From NCBI RefSeq assembly GCF_036321535.1, contig NC_087436.1, positions 42,720,001 through 42,784,000 on the forward strand: a stretch of 64,000 nucleotides of DNA, in the 5' to 3' direction. The notes beneath the pieces are model-generated. The model searched no databases. It saw only the letters and a list, made by a program, of their open reading frames with translations, and was not told where the DNA came from. Shown here piece by piece: positions 28,265 through 38,584 of the stretch (its first letter is position 1; each line of letters opens with the position of its first letter). The DNA is from Camelus dromedarius (taxonomy: Eukaryota). The position numbers and the translations under genes were made by a program.

Positions 28265-28525
28265 TTGTAGTATCATGTGTTAAATTCTTAGAACAGGCTT
28301 TGGAATCCAAGAGACCTGGATCAAATGACAGCTCTATCTGCTTTCTAAGGTGTGACCTTATGAAAGCAAACATTCTGTTAATTGAATTTTGTTTGCCCAG
28401 GTGTACACTAAGTATAGTAAGCCTTACTTTTCATGATTGTTGAAAGGATTAAAAACAATATATGTAAAGTGGTTAGCAAAGTGTTTGGCACACTGTAGAT
28501 GCTAAGTAAATAGTAGTTATTATGG
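28265..28525 (+). mobile_element. MIR SINE
   Basis: aggctttggaatcc..gacctggatcaaat..gtgtgacctt..aggattaaa..tatgtaaagtggttagcaaagtgtttggcaca. Confidence 0.78.
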
Positions 28526-28649
28526 GAGGAATGCAAACGAGCCTGAAAATTTATTTTAGGGTCTCATTTTTTTAACATGGCCTCATTTTTGATATAGAAT
28601 ATGACTAATGGAAATCATAAAAGACTGGGGAAATGATCTGATGGTTTGG

Positions 28650-29235
28650 AGGAGAAGGCTCACTGGGTGAAACAGTCAGGAGGCCATTGCACCAATATAA
28701 TAGAACCCCTCTATGATGGCACAGAAGTCAGAAGGAATAAATTCCTGTAGGTATTTTGTAGAATCTACAGGATGTGATAATGTTGGAAATGGGGAATATA
28801 ACGAAGAGATCAAACAATACTCCAAGGATTGAATCTGAATAAATGGTGAAATGGTACCATTCACATAAATTGAGACTTTGACATCCAGGTCTCTCTGGAT
28901 AGCTAAGGGGCTAACTATATGGAGGCAAGAGACAAGGGCTTTGGCAGTGCTATCCACTCCAAAGTGGTGGGGAAGGCCTACATTTAAAGAAAAAGAAAAG
29001 GAAGAAGAACAGGCAGAAAAATGAATAATGAGTAGTGAGAAAACCAGAAGAATTGAAATTGAAGACGTCAAAGGAAGACAGTTTCAAGAAAAGGTGGTAA
29101 TTGGTTATATAGATTCCCACAGATTCCTGTGAAGATGATGCTTGGGTCAAGGCCTGGATTTAGTCATTGGGAGACCTTGGGTATTAGTAGGATCCTCAGA
29201 GTGGCAGAGGGACAAAAGCCAGGTTGCACAGACTT
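28650..29235 (-). mobile_element. L2 LINE fragment, degenerate
   Basis: ggaggccattgcacca, ggtgaaatggtaccattcac, gaagacagtttcaagaa, aggcctggatttag, gagggacaaaagccaggttgca. Confidence 0.6.
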
Positions 29236-29944
29236 CAGCAGGGAAGTGGCAGCTATGGATGGAACACACACGCGGGTGAGTTCTCCCTTTTGTTTCTGCG
29301 ATCACCTGGAATCTGGCTTTGCCAGCCCATTGGAAGAGCCTGGACCAAAGTTCAGGAAGCAGACCTTGGAAATGTGCTAAGGACATGACACTGGCTGGGA
29401 ACATTATGGGAAAGGGTTTGCCTCCAGACACTGAAATATCTTAGTGAATACTTTGGATTTAATCATTAACTTCCCCCCTTAACATTTAGTCAGATTTGCA
29501 GATCCTAACCTGGATTAGCCCTGAGATGAAATAAGAAACTAACTTGAGGAATGGGGGTACCAGAGCCAGGGAGAAGCAACAACTGAAGATGAGGCCTCCA
29601 AAGGAGAGAGGACGGATAGGCTTAGCCTGTGTAGCAGGAGGTGACAGCTACAGAAGCAGTATGTTTAGCAAATGAGTCACCGATCTCTGGAAAAGCAGCT
29701 GTTGACTGGCTAATATAATTTGACACTTGGGGATTGGTGCAGTTAATGAGTGAAGCAGGACATTCAGCTGGTTTTCCCCTGAAGACAAGAGACTTCCATA
29801 ATTCATTTGTTCACTCCACACTGCTCCTCCCCTTAAAGAGTGGCCACTCCTGAGGAGCTAAATATTTTCAGAGTTTCTCATTTGAAAAATATAAAGTATA
29901 TACAAGAGTTTCTAGCTGTGGTGTGTAAAGTGAATAAAAATAGA

Positions 29945-30140
29945 GACAATAACATATAGTGATTAAAAATACAGGCTCTGGGGCTCAGCTCACCTGGGTT
30001 TGATTCCTTACCTTGTTGTCTCCTTTGGACACGCAGATCTGTTCCTGTCTCCTCATCTGTAAGACGAAGGTAACAGAAAACTCTCTCAGAGGGTTCTGAG
30101 TCATAGTCAACACTCAACAAATGTTACCCGTTAGTATCTT
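29945..30140 (+). mobile_element. MIR SINE
   Basis: atagtgattaaaaatacaggctctggggc..cctgggtttgattcct..ctcctcatctgtaa. Confidence 0.78.
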
Positions 30141-30784
30141 AGACACTCCTGAGAGCAAACCTTGAATTTGCTCTTGTTTCTAGTGAGAAATAAAGTTACC
30201 TAGACATTTAGTGCTCCAGTTTCCTCATCCATAAGATGAAAAATATGATGTATCTTCCATGATTACTGTGAAATTATACCATGAAAAGAATAGTTCTTAC
30301 TATTCCTCCATCCTACTTCTCCATCAAGAAACAAGGAAACTTTAAGGGAGAAACCACAAAGTTTATAAATTCTAAACTTTATATTTTGGAATCCACATTC
30401 CAGTTCTCAAATATGAGCAGATTCAAAAGTTTTATCTCTTTATAGCATTCATTGCCCTTATTACACAAATAAAACTTACTCAATGAAGGAAAATCTGGAA
30501 ATACAGGGGAAAAAAAATTCATTTATAGTCTTACCCTCAAAGATAATCACAGTTAAAATTTAGGAAGTTGTCCTCTGAGAATTTTATTTATCTGTCTACT
30601 TATCTATCTATCCAAACAACCAAACATAACAAACTGGAATTTAACTAAATTTAACTGAACTGGGATTAAAATAAATTCTTTAGTAACTTGGAGTTTCATT
30701 TAATATGTGACAATTTCCCATGCCAATACTTTGCTGTAGCATAATTTAATGCAATAATGGCTGCATATATTTCATTTCACTCAC

Positions 30785-31180
30785 TGCACCCTGATCTATT
30801 GGGCCTCTTCTGGTTCCTTGAATTCGCCATGTTCTATCTGCTAGGATACTTTTCTGTGTACTTTCTTTTATCTAGTTAATTCATACTTAATCTTCAGATC
30901 TCATTATGCTCAGCCTTTCTCCTACCCACTAAGACAAATATATATTCACATAGCTCCCTGTATTCTTCCTTCACAGTATTTAATTTTTTTATGAATAATT
31001 GATTTAATACCTATCTTCCCTACTCAAAAGTAAGCCCTACAGAAGTAGGGGCAATATTTTATATTTTATATTTTTTATTTTTTGAGATAGTATTTATTTT
31101 GCTCTACATTACATCCTCAGACTCCCTGGCCTAATATATCAACACACAGTTTATAGAATAAATGTTGCAAAATGAATGGC
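30785..31180 (+). mobile_element. L2 LINE 3' fragment
   Basis: ggcctcttctggttccttgaa, ctagttaattcatacttaatcttcagatctca, tatcttccctact..gtaagccc. Confidence 0.6.
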
Positions 31181-31513
31181 ACAATTCTTCACATTTAAGC
31201 TGCAGAAATTCTTTGTTTTGTTTTCTGTGTACTTTGATAACCCAGCTTAATTGCCTCCACCTTCAAAAACACCTTTTCACTGTTAATTTGAGGGCACATG
31301 TTCTTTGTTAAATGAAACAATCGTGAAAAAGAAGTGTTGCTCACAAATAAGCTACTAATTGAAGCTTTTGTCCCCCCATGGGTATAATAAAAGAGAAAAG
31401 CATGAAAAATGGGAGGGTTTTAGAGAGAAATGTGCCCGGCTCTTTGCAGGGGTATTGCTGTTGCTTCCAGAAACTCTAAACATTTGCTTCCCCTATTGAA
31501 TGAAAACTGCATT

Positions 31514-31536
31514 TGTGTGTGTGTGTGTGTGTGTGT
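31514..31536. repeat. (TG)11 microsatellite followed by short (TAG)n
   Basis: Direct read. Confidence 0.95.
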
Positions 31537-32184
31537 ACTAGTAATAGTAGTAGTAGGAGTGAGAATGGTAAAGTGGTTCTTATTTTTACTTTTTAAACTT
31601 GAACCATATAGATATTTGTTCTGACTGGAGCTGGGCTGTTCTATAACATAGCTAACTTTGAATTACCACACTAGTGGAAACTGGCAATGTGGAAAAATAA
31701 AATATGGTCATAATCTAAATCACCTATTTCCAGTCACTTACTAATTGTACTTTTATTCATAAGCATTGAATTATAGTGATATGTTATATTTGTCCAGGAC
31801 TTGATTTTAAGAGTTTTTTGCATAATTGGTTTACAGTAGGTTAACTCACAGAAATAGACAGAATCCTCAAAACCCAGTTCTCTTAAAACCAGAAGTTTAT
31901 TCTTTTGGTCTAGAGCAGGCGTTCCAGGTGAGCAGTACTCAGCTCTTACGAAGGCCTTCAGGGACCTAGGCTGACTGACAGAGGCGTGAGGACAAGAGAG
32001 TTGAGTCTATGTAACTAACCAGGCCCAAACTAGGAAATGTAACACATTACGGTAAGATGTACTAAGGAATCGGGGCCCTTTTTCCCCCTAAGGATATATA
32101 TGAGCTAGTAACAGAATCTACACTGAGAGACACACTAGATTCCTTTAGTGTGAATTCACTAGAGAAGGGTGATCTCATACCTTA

Positions 32185-33185
32185 ATCCAAGTAAGAAAAG
32201 GTGATGGCCTAAAACAAGGTGTTTGCAGTGGGAATGGCACGAGGTATGAGGACTCGTGATTGGCTGTGGAAGTATGGGAGAGGGACAGTTACAGGTGACT
32301 CTTAAGTTTTGCTGAGATCTGGAGAAGGTGCAGGTGCAGAGGGAATCTGGGAGATTACTTTTTGACGTATTGAATCAGAGGTAGAAGTGGACAATATGGG
32401 AGGAAATTTCCAATAAGAAATTTGCCAACACAAGTCTGAAGCTCACAGAGTGATGGGAGTTGAAGATAAAGATTTCAGTCACCAGCATTTTGATATCTAG
32501 CGTTTTTCCTTTCTGCATTCTCTATGTGCCTGCAAGGAAAGAGGGCCCTACCTGACCCCTTGGGAGTTTATGTTCCTTCTTTCCCTTCTCCCCTATAACT
32601 GGTGGTCAATGACCCACTGGTGAAGAATAGGAAAGTCCTTGCCTGGAGGGGAACAAAATCTGGGTGTAATTTGCACTCAGCTGCTGGTAAATCAGGCTGA
32701 GGCTGGGACTTTGCCTGAAGGCACATGCTGTGGTCTGTTTGTTTTTATTTTGCTTTTGTCCTGCTTCACTTTCTTACCCTTCTCTTTGAGAGCACTGCCT
32801 CAATGAATCCCCATCTTGTCTAAGGATCTATATATGGAGAGTCAAATTTAAGACAGACAATAATCAAGATAATGAGAGTTATTAAGGTAGCCCAGGGAAG
32901 GTGTGTAAAATAAGGAAAAGAGCTGCCCAAGATGGAATCCTAAGAGCAACTATCTTACCACAAAGGTGGAGAAAAAGAGCCAGGAATGAGCCTAAAGTAA
33001 AGAGGAGATAGAAATGTGCATGTGTGTTGGGGGGAGGAGGAGAGTGAGGTGCTGTGAATGGAGAATGTGGTATCAGACATGGAAACCAACAGAGAATTTC
33101 AGGTCAAGAGTATGAAATGATACAGAGAAGTCAAGTTACATAAGAAGTGAGAGGATCCAGTATATATGGCAACAAAGAGGACTCA
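32185..33185 (-). mobile_element. L2 LINE fragments interrupted by an ERVL LTR
   Basis: ggtgatggcctaaaacaagg, gaagataaagatttcagtcaccagcat, acagagaagtcaagt..ataagaagtga. Confidence 0.55.
32500..32855 (+). mobile_element. ERVL LTR 3' part (LTR16-like)
   Basis: gctgaggctgggactttgcctgaa, gtcctgcttc, gagagcactgcctcaat, ends taagaca. Confidence 0.55.
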
Positions 33186-34974
33186 ATACACCCTATTAAA
33201 GATTGGGCATTTTTAATATTTTGGAAGACAAAGACTAATATTCATTAAAAAAAAAAAAGAGGAGACATTTTTGAGTAACTATTAGGGCACAAGCTCTGTG
33301 ATAGTGCTGTGAGGAGGGACTGAATGGCAGTTCCTTGCCACAAAGGGGCCAATAGTCTAATTACAGGAGTGATAAGTGTTGCAACAATAGTAAGTGAAAG
33401 TCGTTACTAGTGCACAGAGGAACACTCAACATCTACTAATGTTTTCTTTACCTTATTGATGACTCCAGAATAATTTATACAGTTGTTTTGATTTATACAT
33501 CATATTTAACATAATTTCCTGCTACAGTTCTTTTAGCAGTGTTACGTATGCATGTATGTTCATGGAGAATCAAGTAGGCTTGATTTCAGTATACTTGAAA
33601 GTAACGGGAAAAGAGCCACTTCTTGATTGTGTGGATATTGCTTATTTTCTTGTTTATTTACACATTTATTCTTATAATTTTTAGTAAAAAATAAATTCTT
33701 TTAGCATCAGACAGAACAAAGAAAGCTTTCATTTTATGAATAGTTAATTTCTTCATCTGCAAATTCATCTTGCACAAATGGATGGTCTGGCATTTGATTA
33801 TCCACTCACTTGTAGACTATCTTTGTGTCTGGCTCTATGTGGCTAAGTTATTGTACCTTAGGAAGACTAACTGGAAAAAGCAACAGCAAGTTGCTTTGTT
33901 CTCCTTGCCTCTAAATCTGCAGTGAACAGCGGCTTATGGTATAGACACTGCTACAATGCTCACAGAAATGTATTACTGAGGGAGTCTCCACTTTGGGGAA
34001 CCAGAAGACAGTCATCTCTTCATTGTTTCTTGTCTTGTAACTTTGTAGCAAGCGAAGTCAATGATTTTGAAAATCTGCTTCATTTATTTAAGTATTAGAG
34101 ACTTACCTCTTCTTAATTGGGCCATTGAAGTCCTGCAATTTTTAATTGCAAGTTTTCTGTCTTCTATCTCTTTACTACTGTTTGTCAGTTGAGGAGGTGC
34201 AGGTGCAGAGGGAATCACAAAAAAACGGATGGGATACATTTAGAACAAAATTTAGTCCTTGTCTTGGCACTAACATGATTTCAACTTATGGAAGTCTGGC
34301 AATCTAGGTAGTGACAGCGCTCTACTTACAACTACTTTTCAGATGCTCCCCCAACCCCAGACTGCCCCTCGCCTCTTCTCCCTTGTTTGTTGCTATTGCC
34401 ATTCCAATATTAAAGGGTAAAAATTTAAAGATTATATAATTATGAATGCTTTGCTTCCACCTTAGCAAAGTACAGTTAGGAGCTGTAAACAATATATTGA
34501 GTAATCTCAATTTCTGTGTGATTAAATAAATTGCGAAACCAAATATGTTACTGTTTAGAATTTTTTTTTCCATTTTGCACTTGAAAAGTGCAAATGCTAT
34601 TTTAAAGCTATATGTTTTGTTTCCTTACATTGACTTTTCCCACAATGAGATCTAATTATTTAAAACCTTTGGCATCTGCCTTTCATTTCAATGTAAAATT
34701 TAGTAAGGCCAATATATCTGAAAAACAGAAATTCCTTCCTCCTTTATGAACTTCAACGACAAGAAAATTATTAATAGATCCTTTTCCCTTGATGCCAATT
34801 ATTAGTGTATTTTTAAAATCCATCTCTGTGCATAAACACTCAGTCATGGGATACTGTGACCATCTTAATTGAAAATGATCACCTTTATAGTAAGAAGTCT
34901 TGTCAGTATGTTAATTATCAACTACCAACTTTAATATGAAAATCGTGATGAATCTACATCCCAAAATAATTGCC

Positions 34975-35655
34975 CATTCAACAAAATTCATTGAGCAGCT
35001 GTTATATGCCAGACAATATTCTAGTTGCTAGAAACAGAACAGTGAGTAAGAGACAATAATTCATTCCTTGAGGGAGCTTATATCCTGGTTGGGAATATAA
35101 ACAATTAAGGAAAACAAATGTGTAATATACTAGATAGCAATAGGTGTTAAGGTGAAAAATAAAGATGGGACTAGGACTAGAAATCATGTCTGAAAGAGGT
35201 GCAGTAATGATAGAGTGGCCAGGGAAGGCCACATTGGTAAGTTAATATTTGAGAAAATATTGGAAGGAGGTGAAGAAATGAGACAGGAGGGTAACCAAGA
35301 GATGAGCATTCTGGGAGAGCAGAGAACAGCACATGCAAAGGCCCTAATCAGGAGCATGCTCCAGGAACAGCAGAGGCCACTATGGCTGGACTAGAGTGAG
35401 CCCGGGCACAAATTGAGGTAAGAAGCCTAATTGAGGGTAGAGGGCAGATCCCCTAGGGGCTTGCAAGCCATGTTCGGGATCCTGGTTTTAGTCCAACTGA
35501 GATGGGCTGAATCCTTCAGAAGGTTTTGAGCAAAGGCATGGTTTGTTCTATCTGGGATTTTTAAGGGGATCCATTCTGGTTGTTTGTTCTGAGACTTGAA
35601 TAACGGGAGGCCAGGGCAAAAGCAGGAGATCAGGAAGGAGGCAAGAGATGAGAAA
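34975..35655 (-). mobile_element. L2 LINE 3' end
   Basis: cattcaacaaaattcattgagc..tatgccagaca..ctag; agagtggccagggaaggcc; cagcacatgcaaaggccct; ggttttgagca. Confidence 0.88.
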
Positions 35656-36959
35656 CCGAATGGAATTTCAGCATAACTTTAGAAGGATGAATGTCTTCAG
35701 GAGGTCCAAGCTTCAGAAAATATCTGTCTATATTTGTTAAATAAGAGAAATAATTAGTCCAAGATACAGATCAAGGAACAGTACAAATACAGATTAAGCA
35801 GACAATGATTGCTTAAAAGTACACATTGATAGTCTTTTACATCAGCATTAAAACTCAGTTACATTTCCTTTATTCTATCACACAATTATCATAACCATTT
35901 ACAATTATAGGTAGTTTAAATAACTGAGATAAATACAGTAATTATGTAGGTCTCATTACTTGAATATTTAAAAGACAATTTTCTTCCCCAGAGTTGTAAA
36001 ATTTCATATTACCTTTATTTATTGTTTTAATTTTACTTCTGTTTCCTTTTTAGATTCAGAGAATATTAAATCATTGTATTAAAACTTGGAACCATATTGT
36101 TAAATATTTAAGATATATATTAAAAATCTTTAGCCTAGATCAAAAAAATTTTTTTTAACTTTCTAGCCCGATTATTAATACTTCGCTTGTTTCTTTACAT
36201 AGTTTTTGGTATCCTGTTTTCTTGTACCACTACACTTTACACAATATTTGCTTTTTATGGTTAGGAAGTAAAATATCTACAAAGTCCAATTTTGTTATAA
36301 TAAGTGTCAAAAATCGTGAATATTTTGAGAATTCTGGTAAAAGCCCACTTATTGGCAGAATAGCCTTCCCCAGACCAGGAAATGAGGCAATTAGGCTTAC
36401 GCGCGACCGCGGACAAATTCACTAATACCAGCCCTTGGGAGCTAACAATAACTCCTTTAAATCTCAGATTCTCTGTATCTCCTAGTTATCTTTCATCTTC
36501 CTGCTCTGAAATTTTGAGTCTCTGATGTAATGCTAACGGTGAACAAATTAGCAATAGAATTGCCAGGTTTTTAGAGTCCCTGTGCTGTAAAACAAAAGGC
36601 AGTAATTTGGCAAAGAGCATTCACAACGCTTTCGTTTAGGGCCTGCCTCTAAATTTTGCAATTGCATAGTTTATTGTAAAGACACAGGACTAGAAGGAAG
36701 GCCCAGGTATTGTTTTAGCAATCAGCAATTCAAGTATTTAAATGTAATGCATAACTTTTTTCTCGTATTCACTGTAAACAATGGCAGATACGCTAATAAG
36801 TAGGACGCTTTCTTTAACTGTTAAGTGCTTTTTCAGATAGCCATTTATGGAGTACACTCAGGTGCCACTATCCGACCAGATCTTAGAGCATGCAGGCAAA
36901 TAACACACGACCTCTCTTTTTCGTTTTACAAAGCGTAACGGACTAGACCTATTCATGTG

Positions 36960-37053
36960 ATGCAAATGACGTCAGCCTCTACCAGGTCGCGTGACCGACA
37001 CTCAACCTTCCCACTGCCCCGCCCCCTCCACCAGAGCAGGAAATCTCGCGAGA
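36960..37053. promoter_or_regulatory. Motif cluster: octamer, CRE, E-box-like palindrome, GC box, ETS, BANP/ZBTB33 motif
   Basis: ATGCAAAT 36960-36967; TGACGTCA 36967-36974; GGTCGCGTGACC 36985-36996; CCCCGCCCCC 37017-37026; CAGGAA 37037-37042; TCTCGCGAGA 37044-37053. Confidence 0.75.
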
Positions 37054-38279
37054 AACCGCCTTACTATCAGAACTTACTGAGGTTACAGGGGAGTTACTCA
37101 GAAGGGAAGGTGTGGCTGAGTGGTAGTTTTTGCTTTTATTCTGTTAACGTTCATGGCCGAAGTAAAGGCCTTTGGGAATTGCCAGAGTCTGAGCAACCCA
37201 ACCTAGAAAACGGCGGGGGAGGCGGAGAGTGAGGTGGCAGTCATATCAGAAGTGAAACGTGGCGCGGCGGGCGTCGCCCCTCGCTTAAGAGGCTCTGAGG
37301 GAGGGAGAAACTCTGCGCGGGGCGCTGCTTCTGGGGTGGGCCCGACAGTCACTGGGAGGCTGAGACCCTTCTCTGGAGGCAGGCCATTGCCCACATCCGG
37401 CTCCCGCTGTGTCAACACGGAGCCGCGTAGAGTTGAGTGGCTGCGCCCCTCGCCCTTCCACGGAGGCACAGTGGCTGCCGCGCCCGTGTGGGGCTGTCCC
37501 TAGTGTCCGGCGCCCCGAACCGGGCTGGGGGCTTCCGTGACCCCGGCGGCAGCGCCCAGCAGTCCACGGGTTACCCCGCATCTTCCCGCTAAATCAGCCC
37601 CACATTTAGGCAGGAGCCTAATTGCGGGCTTAACTGTGTAATTTTGACGTCTCGCCTCATTTACCTAAACCTTCTCCAGTTTTCTTCCCCGCACCACCTC
37701 CTCCACCCACCTGGTCTCTCTCTAGACGGGTGTGCGCGTGTGTGAGACCGAGGGTGGGAGAGAGAAATCCACGAAGGGACAGGGTTGGAGTCGCTAGAAG
37801 GAGGTGTAGGACCAGCGGGGAGGGGGCTTTGCGAGGGAGGGGTGCTGGCAGGCGGAGGGAGCGGCGGGAGGAGGCGGAGGCCTGGGGACGGCAGAAGAGG
37901 CTTCGCCTGAGCCGAGCGCTCTTTCTTTCTCCGCGCAGTCTCCAAGCCGCGCGGGCTCGTGGGGAGCGCGAGGCCGCCGAGGTGCCCGCGGGAGGGAGGC
38001 CCGCTCCGGCGCGCCCCGCGCCCGCGCCTGCTGACAGCTGCAGCTGGGCTTGAGCTGTCCGCTCCCGGCTCCGCGGCCTCCGCCCCCTCGGGCTCCCTTC
38101 CCTCCGCCCCTACCCCTCCTGCTCCGGTGCGGATCGTTTCGCAACCGCTCGCTTCTCGCCCCTTGCCCTGCTGTTTTCTATTTCCCGGCCCCACTTCTTA
38201 AGTACTTTGCCCCCTGCTATTGGAGGGGCTGGAAAGGGGGCGGGTGGAGCGTCCAGAAAAGAAGAAGGAAGCGAGGCCC

Positions 38280-38307
38280 GGAGGAGGCGGCGGCGGCGGC
38301 TCGGCGG
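38280..38307 (+). repeat. (GGA)2(GGC)5 repeat in the probable 5' UTR
   Basis: ggaggaggcggcggcggcggctcggcgg. Confidence 0.9.
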
Positions 38308-38519
38308 ACCGTAGGGAGGAGACCCCACGCCACCCTTTCTGGTCATCTCCCCTCCCGCCCCGCCCCTGCGCACACTCCCTCGCCGGCAAGCTACTTTCGG
38401 ACGAGGAAAGTGACGGCGGCCCTGGGTGACAGCGCCGCGGGGTTAGTCCCGGGGAAGCCGCGCGTCTGTTCGCGTCTTGTCTGCCGCGCTCCCAGCCAGG
38501 GGGACAGCCCGGACCGAGG

Positions 38520-38584
38520 ATGGCTTCGACTGCAACCTGCACCAGGTTCACGGACGAGTATCAGCTTTTCGAGGAGCTCGGAAA
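38520..38584 (+). CDS. CAMK2D: CaMKII delta coding exon 1 ([21 protein letters not shown] + AA of Lys codon, phase 2)
   Basis: ATG at 38520 in strong Kozak context (AGGATGG). Translation matches the CaMKII N-terminus; [15 protein letters not shown] is diagnostic of delta. Ends at donor AA|GTAAGC. 65 nt. Confidence 0.98.

Noticed and set aside
38466..38519. In-frame CTG codons (38466, 38481) that could extend the CaMKII N-terminus
   Set aside because: Both are in weak context (pyrimidine at -3 and +4), whereas the ATG context is strong.
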